Assembly (NCBI RefSeq): GCF_963506605.1
Contig: NC_083281.1
Location: forward strand, 22,940,001-23,004,000
Source of the DNA: Zootoca vivipara
Taxonomy: Eukaryota
Direction: 5' to 3'
DNA: 64,000 nucleotides
Each line of letters starts with the position of its first letter. The stretch's first letter is position 1. The translations under genes were made by a program, and so were the position numbers. Shown in pieces: positions 14,201 to 24,899 of this stretch. The notes under the pieces were generated by a model. It saw only the letters and a list, made by a program, of their open reading frames with translations, did not search any database and was not told where the DNA came from.

Positions 14201-15700
14201 TTATGGTGAGGTTCAATAAGTTAACTGTTTATATTTGGAAAATTTTCTGCTGTGCTTTATTGGAAGGAGAAAAAAATCATTTCCTTGATAACAATTTATT
14301 TAACTAAAACAATAACATTATAACATATGTATCCATGTTTGTTAAATGATGTGGTTAAACAATTTATTTTTTTTAAATGATGTGGTTTTTTTCAAAAAAT
14401 AGTTTAACCACATCATTTAACAAACATGGATACATATGTTTTAGCACACATGAAAAACTTAAAACTTTATTTCCTGATGGACTACAGTGGTACCTCTGGT
14501 TAAGAAATTAATTCGTTCCGGAGGTCCGTTGTTAACCTGAAACTGTTCTTAACCTGAAGCACCACTTTAGCTAATGGGGCCTCCTGGTGCCACCGCGCTG
14601 CCAGAGCACAATCTCTGTTCTCATCCTGAAGCAAAGTTCTTAACCCAAGGTACTATTTCTGGGTTAGCGGAGTTTGTAACCTTAAGCGTTTGTAACCCGA
14701 GGTACCACTGTATAATGTAACCTAAATAGAAAACTATCTTTAGTAAGATTTTTCCTCCGAAAGTATTTTATTTTAAAAATCTGAATTTTAATAAAAAAAT
14801 CCAAGTTAAATAATTTTTTAATTTTTTTAAAAAAAAACCATTGATTTTTATCTACCGTTTAAAACCCATACTTGGTTGTTCTTGCACTCTTTTTTATTTT
14901 AGCTGTTTTCAAGGATCTCTCTGTAAATTGCTTTGGGGCCTACGTAGATACTGGAGGCAACTCACAAATAAGTAAATCAAGAGAGGCACCCTCTTCCCGA
15001 CTCACCTCTTCAAATTGAGCACCTCTCCTTCCAGGCTGTCTTCAAAGCGTGCAAACTCATATCTGTCCGTCTCCAGCCCTGACACCAGGAATACCTTCTT
15101 GGGGTCCACCCCATGCTTGGTCAAAACACCAGCTAGTTCCTTCCGGATCAGCCCCAGCTGCTCAGCCGGATTGTACCTGGATCTGAGCCGCCGCTCAGCT
15201 GTGTGCAGGTCCAAGTCCACCTTGGTGCGTGCCAGGATGAGGCCTTTCCCCTTCTGCTTGATGGCCTTGAGGACTTGGAGGTGGCTGTCCCTCAAGCCTC
15301 CATCCCCGACCACCACCACAAAGCAGCTGAATTTGCTCAGGTCGCCCAAGCGTTTGAGGTAGGCGGACGGCTTCTCCGACGCCTCGAAGCCCGGCAGGTC
15401 GTGCAGGGTGAGGTCTGGGTAGACAGGGTGAGCGTGGGCAACCGGTTGCTTCGTGGTCTCAGGGGCCTCTCGGAGATATGCCCATGGATCCGTCACCCGG
15501 CGGGGCTTGTCCAGGAGAGCCCCGACCAGGGTGCTCACCCCTGAGCCACGCTCTCCCAGGATCCCGACCTGGATCTTGAGGGTGTTCACACAGTCCACCA
15601 GCGCCTGGATTTGGGAAGCGGCACTGCTGGCGTTTTGGGCCTCATACTGGGCCTTCAGGATCTTCAGGTACGATTCGTCCAGGACGGAGGAACCGGCCAT
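11205..15700 (-). CDS. Immunity-related GTPase (IRG/p47) paralog with tandem GTPase domains, 2 coding exons, ~620 aa
   Basis: Exons 15700-15006 and 12372-11205 join across a phase-2 intron (AG|GTGAG...CTCTAG|A, Arg codon; 1863 nt). Domain 1 motifs: GERGSGVS, DLPG, TKVD. Domain 2 motifs: GEVGSGKS, TGVTEMT, WDLPG, YDFF, SKID, followed by the IRG helical C-terminus. An acceptor at 15709-15710 implies an upstream 5' UTR exon. Confidence 0.9.
12840..13075 (+). mobile_element. CR1 LINE 3' fragment
   Basis: Encodes DCHIEEDGASLFSPALEGRAQTNGFKFHERRFQLN, resembling a CR1 ORF2 C-terminus. Confidence 0.7.
13958..14858. mobile_element. AT-rich non-autonomous DNA transposon carrying a nested MITE
   Basis: Starts CAGGGTGGATTTGATTTAAATC and ends GATTTTTATCTACCG (degenerate inverted termini), with repeated GATTTAAATC motifs. 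Family not identified. Confidence 0.5.
14485..14710. mobile_element. Tc1/mariner(pogo)-type MITE
   Basis: TIRs CAGTGGTACCTC...GAGGTACCACTG flanked by TA on both sides. Confidence 0.85.
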
Positions 15701-16179
15701 GGCTGGAGCTGCAGAGAGGACGGAGGAAGGAAAAAAGAGAATACTATCTGCAGTTCTCAGCGTGCTCTTTAGGGATGCATGAGCAGATGCTTATCTCTGC
15801 CTGCCTCCCTCCTTCCCTTTCTCTCACACACATGTATTGACCATCCATACAGTGAGTTGAGGAAGTAGGGGGTCACCCATTTGATATCTGTCTCAGAGCC
15901 ACTTCCTTTGTTACCTTAATGGCCCATGCTTCGAGGGCCATTACCTCACCAGGAAGCTAGCCTGGGCTATACCAGGAAATGAGTGCCGTGCTGGATCCAG
16001 GAATTAGAAGGGTGCTCAGGCACATATCCTACCCTACGCCCCCAAAGGAAAAAAATCAACACAGTATGCTTATGTCTGTAGTATGGTTGGATTCCTCTTT
16101 GTAGAGTGCTCTCCCCAGGGAGGCTCGCCTGGAGCCTTCGTTCCATATCTTTAGGTGCCAAGCAAATAACGTTCCTGTA

Positions 16180-16545
16180 CAAGGTAAAGGACCCCTGGAT
16201 GGTTAAGTCCAGTCAAAGGCAACAATGGGGTTGCGGCACTCATCTCGCTTTCAGGCCGAAGGAGCCCGCGTTTGTCCACAGACAGCTTTCCGGGTCATGT
16301 GGTGAACATGACTAAACCGCTTCTGGCGCAACAGGACACTGTGATGGAAACCAGAGCACACAGAAACGCCATTTACCTTCCCGCCACAGCAATACCTATT
16401 TATCTATGTGCACTGGCGTGCTTTCAAACTGCTAGGTTGGCAAGAGGTGGGAAAGAGCAACAAGAGCTCACCCCGTTGCTGACCTTCTATTTGGTAAGCC
16501 CAAGAGACTCACTGGTTTAGACCACAGCGATGCCCACGTCCCTGT
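16180..16545 (-). mobile_element. Sauria SINE
   Basis: Characteristic GGTAAAGGACCCCTG...TTTCAAACTGCTAGGTTGGCA...GAGCTCACCCC...TTAGACCACAGCG; the reverse complement matches the copy at 32.8 kb. Confidence 0.8.
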
Positions 16546-18649
16546 ACAACCAGGCCTTTGGCTAATTAAACACTCTATGGTCTTTAAAACTGTGAGGGGT
16601 ATCTATTGTTTTTGCTTGTTGCTATGTTATGTATTTTTTGGTGTTTTTTATATTGTAAGCTGCCTTGTAGTCCTCGGATGAAGGAGAGGAAGAAAGGCAA
16701 ATTTATAAAAGTGAAAATAACAACAACAACAGAGAGTTGCTAGGCACTGTCTGCAGTTAAAAGCTCTGCCTGCAGGATTACTATCTAATAGCAACCAGAG
16801 TCAAAAGGGAGGGAACTGGATAGTAAGGGATCACCAGTCCCCAAACGACAGGGAAAAGGTGCCTAGAAAAAGAACCCAGTAAGGCAGCCTGTATAAAGAA
16901 AGACGACTTTGGCTCCAGCATCAGACCACTAAAAATATGTCCCAGCCAGGAGTCCTGTTTCCAAAGCAAAGCCACCTCTGCCCACTTTAAACAAACAAAG
17001 CCAGCCCATGACCCCAACAGAGAAAAATCAAATATTTGGTTTCTTTTTTTCCTGTCAAAAACTAAGGGCTGCATCCAACCTCTACTCAGAGCAGTTCGGA
17101 TGAAATCAATGGGCCTCAGTTAGCTACGTCCTATTAATTTCAATGGGTCTACTTCTGAGCAAAGCAGCATTGGCTAGAACTCTAAATTTTGTTAAAGGAA
17201 CACTCTTAGCCGTTGGGGAAAACCTAGAGTTTATTAGAGAAGAACTAAGAACTACTCTCCTGGATCAGACCATGAAAGGCCTACCTAGTCCAGAAGCCTG
17301 TTCCCACATTGGCCAACCAGACACCAAAGGGAAGCCTGGAAGGGTGAACTGAGCACAATAAGCACAAGAACGGGCCTTCTCAGTCGTGGCTCCCCAGTTA
17401 TGGAACGCTCCCCCCATCATTACCTATATTTAGGCACAAGGCCACAAACCTTTCTCTTCTGCCAGGCTTTTAATTATCCACGGTCTCCATCAGTGGGTGG
17501 GATGCCTTTTAAATAAATAATAAATATGTACGTGTTTTCAGCTTTTACTAAAGTTTGTGCAGTTGGCTTTAAAAAGGGGGTTAGACAAATTAATGGAGGA
17601 GAAAACTCTCAGCGGTCATGATGGTTATATGCAACTTTCAGGATCAGCAGCAGAATATCAGTTCTATGAGGACAGTTATTGTTATTATTATAATTATTAT
17701 TGGTTGATTTAGTTATCGAACTTATCACTTAAAAAGCAACAAATGAAAAGCAACTCAAAAAGCAACTTGTATATTGAACCTAATCAACCACTAAAAGCCT
17801 TATTTCTTAACTGGTGCAAACAGAATGTTATGTCACTTGGCACCTGCAAGAGTGCCAGTTCTGCAGATCAAAGCATTTATGGGATGAGGTTGATCCTGCA
17901 GGTAAACTGGCCCCAAGCTGTTAAGGGGCTTTTTATGCTAATAGTAACATGTCAAAACCAACCACTAGCAAACTGATCACCAGTGCAGATCTCAGAGAAC
18001 ATTCTGAGTTGGTGGCCACATCACGGCACCACGCTTGGAGCTGCTGGTTCATAGCTCGTACTGCCTACGCTGACTGGCAGCAGCTATCCAGAGGACATTC
18101 CCAGGCCTACCTGAATATGTTGCCAGGCATTGAACCTGGTAACTTCTGCCTGCAAAGCAGATGCTCTTACCTCTGAGCTACAAGCCCTTCCCCTTGACAG
18201 CAAATCCCTTAAGAACAAGTGTGTTTTGCTGGAGGCAGATCTGGGGAACTGCTGGACTTTCCCAAATATGGGGGTCAGCCAATGGCTTCTTTGTCACAGA
18301 ATTGTGGTTGTAAACCAAGACCTTCAGAGAAACGTTTAATAATCAAAACAAGCCTGCCGGCTTCCATCTTGATAGGTGGAGGCCTTTCTGAGCACAACAC
18401 ACCGTCAATAATTGCCCTTGTTCGTTAAACTGCCCTTTTCCGTTTGTTTTTGAACATCAAGCCTGATGCGGAACAACGCCGAAGAGCTCAAAAGCTTGCT
18501 CACTATTTTGTGATCTTTTGCGGGATTGGTCCTAATACAGGTACAAATAAAGTAAAATCCAAGTGAGGATTTTGGACCCTGGACAAACGCGGCTAACTAT
18601 GATTTTTATATTTTAATTTATTTTAAAATAAATGTGTCTCTTTTGCGTG

Positions 18650-19400
18650 TCCCGGATCCCCACCCCCGACTCCGGTTCTTGTCTTACAGGTTAGGGAGAA
18701 TGCCAGCCACAAAAGGAACCCAGGAGTCCTGGATGACTGCCAGCCAGCCAACCCCACCCGGCCGCCCCCCAAAATGAAAAGGTTTCGGGAAGGGAGGTGT
18801 CCCAGGGGCAAAACCTACCCGTCCGTCGCCCGCCTGTCTGGGTCTTCTGTGCGCGGCGAGGCTTGGATACTGCTGCGCCCCTGCGCCCTGGCCCCAGATG
18901 ACGCGCAAAGCAAAATCTGGGAAACAGAAACCTCTTGGACGGGGGCGGAGACGGCGGCTCCTCCTCTTCCTCCCGGCTGGCTGTGCTTGGCAGGCGGAAA
19001 GGCTCCTCTGACGTCTCTGGGATGCGAAGGGAAAACAGATCAGAGCGCATCGGCAGGCGGGTGGGATGAGGAAGCAGCCAAAGGGGGACAACGCCAGGAA
19101 GCCGAGCGAGCGGTCCCGGGGCGCTGCCTTGTAAGCGGGTAAGCAAGCCCAGCCCGGCGGGTGTCTCCCCATCTTCTTCAGCCTCCATAAAACGAATTCG
19201 TTCTGCCTGCCTGAAGATCTTCCCGGCCTGATGGAAAAGGCAAAAATACTCTCCGGCCTCTTTCCGCATTAGTGCGCCGCTGTGTCTGCCAGATCGCTTA
19301 ATCAACCTGTTTTCTTGCCTAAGAATCAGCGGCCCTCTTATGCCATAGGCTCAACCCTTACGCCAAAACGTAGGAGAAGGGTCGCGGGCGATGACCGACT
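18650..19400. promoter_or_regulatory. Bidirectional CpG-island promoter of the two IRG genes, with an ISRE
   Basis: CpG island between the divergent genes. Candidate first-exon donors on both strands: minus GG|GTAGGT at 18818, plus GTAAGC at 19131 or 19139. ISRE-like GGAAACAGAAACC at 18920-18932; CRE-like TGACGTC at ~19009. Confidence 0.7.
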
Positions 19401-19883
19401 TCAGGGGCTGGTGGCTTCAAGGCTGGATTAATGCAATGCTTTTTTTGTGAGGCTTCTCTTGCAAATTGATCTGGAAGCTGCAGGATGAGGCCATGTTAGC
19501 ATATAGCACTCCTGCTCGGAGATCTGCACCAGCTGCCCGTTTGGGGTGAAAACCTCCCCGCCAGCATATAACACCTTGCTTGCGGGGGTTGTACCGTACT
19601 GCTTGCCGATCTGCTACCCAGGTTCAATATTATACCAGGTTATACCATTCAGGACCAGGTTACCTGGGAGATACACCATGGCTGCGGTCCTCAGCTTGAG
19701 GCCAGACTCATTCCATTTTGGTGGTTTGTGTGTGTGTGTGGACTTAACATATATACAGCCAAGCTCATTGCGTTTAATCACAGCCTCTAAGTAATGTTGT
19801 TGTTTCTCTCTCTCTTTCCACCTCTCCCCTTTCCTTATGTTTCCGCAGCATCTCTTGAGAAGCCCTGTTTCCCTGCATCCAAC

Positions 19884-22800
19884 ATGGCTCTAAAGACCCC
19901 CCAGGGCTCTGTGCTGAGCTCCCCAGAGCAAGGGGATGTCTCCGTGGTCCTTGTGGGAAAATCAGGGGTGGGAAAATCGGCTCTCCTCAATGCCCTGCGT
20001 GGGATGACCGAAAACGATGTCGGATGTGCTCCGTTGGATGCCCCACCTAAATCCGGGGGCCCTGTCATGTACCCCGACCCATCCCATCCCAATTTACTGA
20101 TCTGGGAACTAGCTCTGGATTGTGAGGGGCAGGCCGACCGGTGGCTGAAGGAGGCTGACGTTTTTGTCGTGGCGACAGATGGCAAGTTTGACGAGACTCA
20201 TGCCCACCTGGCCAGGGAGGCCCGGGCGGCTGGCAAGAAGGTCTATTTTGCCCGCACCAAGGCTGATTTGGATCTTCATACCCTCAAGCGGTTGATGGGG
20301 GAGCACTACAACCGGCCCGAGGCCCTGCAGGCCCTGCGGGGTGTCTGTGCTGAGTCGCTGGGGGCCCACGGTCTCGGGGAGCCCTTTGTCTTCCTGATCT
20401 CTGCTTTTGAACCCTTCGCCCTGGACTGCCCCCAGCTGCGAAAAGTGTTGCTGGACGACGTCCACACGTACGAGAGGTAAGTCAGGCAACCAGCTCAAGC
20501 GAGCCGTAGGAACATAGAATCATATCAATGAATGAACATGACTAAGATTCATAATGACGATAATAATATTGTGGAACTAGAAAAGGGTTGCCGGAAGTGA
20601 TCAAGGGGATGAAGCCGCTCCCCTATGAGGCTCAGGGCTTTTCAGTTTAGAAAAAAGGTGATTAAAGGGAGAGGACACTATAGAGGTGTGTAAAATTACG
20701 TGTGACACAGAGAAAGTGGATAGTCATAATCAGGCATCCCCAAACTGCGGCCCTCCAGATGTTTTGGCCTACAACTCCCATGATCCCTAGCTAACAGGAC
20801 CAGTGGTCAGGGATGGTGGGAATTGTAGTCCAAAACATCTGGAGGGCCGAAGTTTGGGGATGCCTGGTCATAATACAGTCGTATCTTGGTTGTCAAACGC
20901 CTTGGTACTTGGACGTTTTGGCTCCCGAACGCCGCAAACCCGGAAGTCAGTGTTCCAGTTTGTGAGCGTATTTTGGAAGCCAAATGTCTGTTTCTGCTGT
21001 CAGAATTGTTTCTGGGGCCAATCAGCCAATCGGAAGCCACGCCTTGGTTTGCGAACGTTTTGGGAAGCCAATAGGGGTCTCCCAACAACTCTCATTGTAA
21101 CTGGCTGGCCACTGTGAGAATCGGATGCAGGATTGGACAAACCTTTGATCTGATCCACCAGGGCTCTTACGTTCTTAAGTTTAATGGAAGAAAACCTACA
21201 GGGACTTCATGAACAGAGTTCTGAGACCAGGTGCCTGTGGGCATGGGCACGTCGCTCATAAGGACAAGGGCCTTTGGCTGATGTTCTTGTGGAGCGACAA
21301 GGAATGTAAATTACAAGCGCAGGCCGATATTTATATCCTGGTGGCCTTTGCTCGAGTGTCATCAGGACTTTTGCTCAGAGCAAAGCAACCAGAGAAGTGG
21401 CCTTGTTGGTCTCTGTTTGTGCCTCCCCTGTGGAGAAAACAGTGTTTGTTTACAAGCAACAACCCCCACCTCCAAGATGCTCCTGCTACCCCGAGTTGCA
21501 ATCAAATGAAGCTGTGTCAATCCAGTGTAGTGCAGTGTTAACTTTCTCGGAATTCCAAACGGGTCCACTGGTCCAAAAAGGGTGGCAACCTTTTAATAAG
21601 TCGACCACATATGAAAAAACGTTCCCTCTACCTCTTTGGACTTGTAAAAGGGTAAAAAGGGTGTTGGGAAATGATCACATAATGAATTGAATTTTGTTTT
21701 TCAAATGTCCCCCCCGCCCCAAACAACAACAACAACAACAACAACCAGAGTGCTTCCTGTTGGGGATAATTTAGACTGAAATTCCCAGGTGTCAAAAAAG
21801 GATACCATATTTATGGATGCAACAACTGTGGCCCATGTTTTGTTAGCTCCCATATGGAAATCGAGTGAGGTCCCAGCCAAAGAAGAATGGCATCTTAAGT
21901 TGACAGAATATGCACAACTTGGAGACTTAATATATAAAATAAGAGAACAAGAAGAACATACGTTTAGAGAAGATTGGAAAATGTTTATTGAATATATGGG
22001 AAATAATTGTGTACAGCTGAAAATGCTGGCAGCATTAAGATACATTCAACAGTGCAAATAAGTTTTGATGGATGCAATAATGGAATACTGAATGGTATAG
22101 TTTTTTGTAAAATATGCAGGGATTTATGATATGTAAAATGAACCAGGGAAGAAGGGAAGTTATTGATATCTTTAGGATGCAAAAATGAGTACTGTATTTT
22201 TCGCTCCATAGGACGCACCTGACCATATGACGCACCTAGTTTTTAGAGGAGGAAAACAAGATTTTTCTTTCTTTCTTGAATTGTCCTAGGCATAGCAGCC
22301 AACTCCTAGAGGCCTACGTGCCTTTGCCCCCCCCATTAAATATTTGAGGAAGCTTCTTTTGCAAAGGGGGAAAGCTCCATTTTTGAGGATCAGCTCAAAG
22401 TTGTGCAGCTTTTTTTGCAAATGGGAAAAGCCCCTTTTTTGTGGGGGGGTGGTGTGTCAGCTCAGAGTTGTCCATCTTTTTTGCAAAGGGGGAAAGCTCC
22501 ATTTTTTAGGATCAGCTCAAAGTTGCTGAGTTTCCTTGCAAAGGGAAAAAAATTCCTGTTTTTATGGGGTTCAACTCACAGTTCTGCAGCTTCTTCTATA
22601 GGAAAGGAAAGAGGCCCATTTCTACAGTTTCCAGACAGATAATCTAACCAGTCAGTTACATGTCTCCCTCTGCAGACAATAATTGAGGCCTAGGCAAGGG
22701 GCCGGGAAGGGAGCTAGCTCTCTTATCTCCCTTCCCGATCTCTTGCAATCAGCTGCTGAGCGGGTTCCTTTCTGCTCATTCCCTCTTGTTAGCCTTTAGC

Positions 22801-24444
22801 TCTTTCTTAAAAAAAAACCAAAACAACAACCATGATCTGCCTTTAGCCCCTGGGCAATTCAGCTCCAGGGACCATGCATTCGCTCCATAAGACGCACAGA
22901 ACCTCCTCTTACTTTTTAGGAGGAAAAAAGTGTGTCTTATGGAATGAAAAATACGGTAATTTAAATTGTAAAATGAAAAATTTAATAAAAATTGTATAGA
23001 AATAACAAAAAGTGTGGCCACCTTTGAATGAGCTTAGTTGCTGTGGAATGCCTGCTGACCAATGGGGTGGGAAATGGGAACTGGAATGGAGGGCTCCACA
23101 ATACAACATTAATTTCATATGATATTAATTCTAGCCATTGGATACCAATGATGTTAATATAATAGGAGATCAACTATAGTTACACTATTAATCCCAGTTC
23201 TTGCTCCCTCTCCCTTGCTGTGTCCTGTTTGCCCCCACAGGGTCCTAAAGCCCACTCGCTTGGACTACGAGGTGATCAGCGAGCAGGAGATTGCAGAGAT
23301 CCAGGAGGCCTATGAGCTGGGAGGCCTCTCGGAAGTGGTGACCCGCATTCAGTGCAGCCTGGAGACCCTCTGGAATGCCCATCTTGACATTGGCATCACG
23401 GGGGAGTCGGGCGCTGGGAAATCCACCTTTGTCAACGCCTTGAGGGGTGTGGGCGATGAGGATGAGGGAGCTGCGGAGACGGGCGTGACAGAGACCACAG
23501 CCCAGCCTACGCCATATCCTTACCCCGCCCACCCCAATGTCATCCTGTGGGATCTCCCTGGCATTGGCACACCCAACTTCCAGGCTGAACGCTACCTAGA
23601 AGCGGTGGAGTTTTCTCGCTACGACTTCTTCATCATCCTGGCCTCGGAGAGGTTTAAGGAGAACCACGTCCGTTTGGCCAAGGCCATTGTCAAAGAAGGC
23701 AAGCGGTTCTATTTCGTGCGCACCAAGCTGGACAATGACCTGGAGTCCATGAGGAGGCGGAGGAACCCTCCAGCCGACGAGGAAGTCCTGGAGCAGATCC
23801 GGACTGACTGCCGGGAGAAGCTCGCCAAGGCCGGGCTGGCAGACACCAAGGTTTTCTTGCTCAGCAGCTTCGAGATGGACAAGTTTGACTTCCAAGTCTT
23901 CGAGGAAACCCTGGAGCAAGAACTTCCGAGCCACAAGCGCCACGCCTTCCTGCTGTCGCTGCCCAACGTCTCCTCGGTCATCATAGACAAGAAGAGGCAG
24001 CTCCTTCACCAGGAGGTTTGGAAGGTAGCTCTTATCTCCAGCTTGGTGGCCGCCGTCCCTTTGCCGGGCCTGGCCTTCACCTGCGATGTCTCCATTTTGC
24101 TGAGGAAGCTGTCCACCTACCGGCAGGACTTTGGCCTCGATGCAGCGTCCTTGACCCGTCTGGCCGAGCGGTCGGGGAAACCACTGGAGGTCCTGAGGGC
24201 CGAAGTCCACAGCACTCTAGGCCGGAGCATCAACAGGGAAGTGGTCATTGGGTTGCTGGGGAAGGCCACTGGGACAGGCTTGGTGGTGGCCAATTTCTTC
24301 ATCCACCGGATTCCGATTTACGGAGCCCTGGCATCCGGCGGGATTTCCTTCCACACCACTTACTACATGTTGAGCCAGTGCTTGGAAGAGCTGGCTAATG
24401 ACTCCCAAAGGGTCCTCATGAAGGCCTTTGAAAGCGAGGTCTGA
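19884..24444 (+). CDS. IRGQ: Immunity-related GTPase Q orthologue (tandem GTPase domains; second domain IRGC/IIGP-like and intact), 2 coding exons, ~598 aa
   Basis: Exons 19884-20476 and 23241-24444 join across a phase-2 intron (AG|GTAAGT...CACAG|G; 1797 nt). N-terminal QGDVSVVLVGKSGVGKSAL matches recalled human IRGQ QGDVTALFLGPPGLGKSAL. RLDYEVISEQEIAEIQEAYELGGL matches QDGFEVLGAAELEAVREAFETGGL, and VPLPGLAFTCDV matches APLPGLGWACDV. The gene lies near ZNF576. IRG family membership is certain; the symbol is by inference. Confidence 0.85.
20731..20866. mobile_element. hAT MITE with 8-bp TSD
   Basis: TIRs CAGGCATCCCC...GGGGATGCCTG; perfect TSD GTCATAAT. Confidence 0.9.
21750..23010 (+). mobile_element. 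Decayed L1-clade LINE 3' end, interrupted by a DNA transposon
   Basis: Encodes VAHVLLAPIWKSSEVPAKEEWHLKLTEYAQL..., like an L1 ORF2 C-terminus. The 3' UTR resumes after 22958 and matches the copy at 28.7-29.0 kb. Confidence 0.75.
22192..22956. mobile_element. Tigger/pogo-like non-autonomous element nested in L1
   Basis: Imperfect TIRs CTGTATTTTTCGCTCCATAGGACGCAC / GTGTGTCTTATGGAATGAAAAATACGG with TA on both sides; internal ~60-bp tandem units. Confidence 0.8.
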
Positions 24445-24764
24445 GGCAGCTGGAACAAGGCCGCAGTCCCTAGGCGCCTCTGTGACTTTTCCTCAGATGC
24501 CTTAGCACTGTTACGTTCCTGCTTTAGCTTTAACATGGCTGATCTACTTGTTGATGTTTATGGAGTCATGGGACCATGATCTTGTTTTGGAACCTGGTTT
24601 TGACAAACGGGAATTGCATGAGGCCGCCATCCCCCATTGGAATGAGAGCAAGATTTAGACGAGCAATTTCTGTGCAGTGTTCCAGAAGGCTCCACAGTTC
24701 CCTGTTACTCAGGGGCGGCCAACCCCTCCAGATGTTGCTGAACCCATCACCCCTGCATGTAAGC

Positions 24765-24899
24765 CAGTGTTTCCCAAACTTGGGTCTCCTGCTGTTTTTG
24801 GACTACAACACCCATCATCCCTTGCCAGCAGGACCAGTGGTCAGGCATAATGGGAATTGTAGTCCAAAACTGCTGGAGACCCAGGTTTGGGAAACCCTG
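24765..24899. mobile_element. hAT MITE downstream of the IRGQ stop codon (probable 3' UTR)
   Basis: Palindromic element with near-perfect TSD (A/G)TGTAAGC. Confidence 0.8.

Noticed and set aside
18783-18791. GAS element TTTCGGGAA
   Set aside because: Does not fit the TTCN3GAA spacing.
18623-19305. ORFs across the CpG island
   Set aside because: Stop-poor GC-rich DNA giving low-complexity peptides.
22335-22570. CRISPR-like repeated units
   Set aside because: Degenerate tandem units inside a transposon, without unique spacers; the DNA is eukaryotic.
23245-24408. Antisense and alternative-frame ORFs over IRG exons
   Set aside because: Shadows of GC-rich coding sequence.
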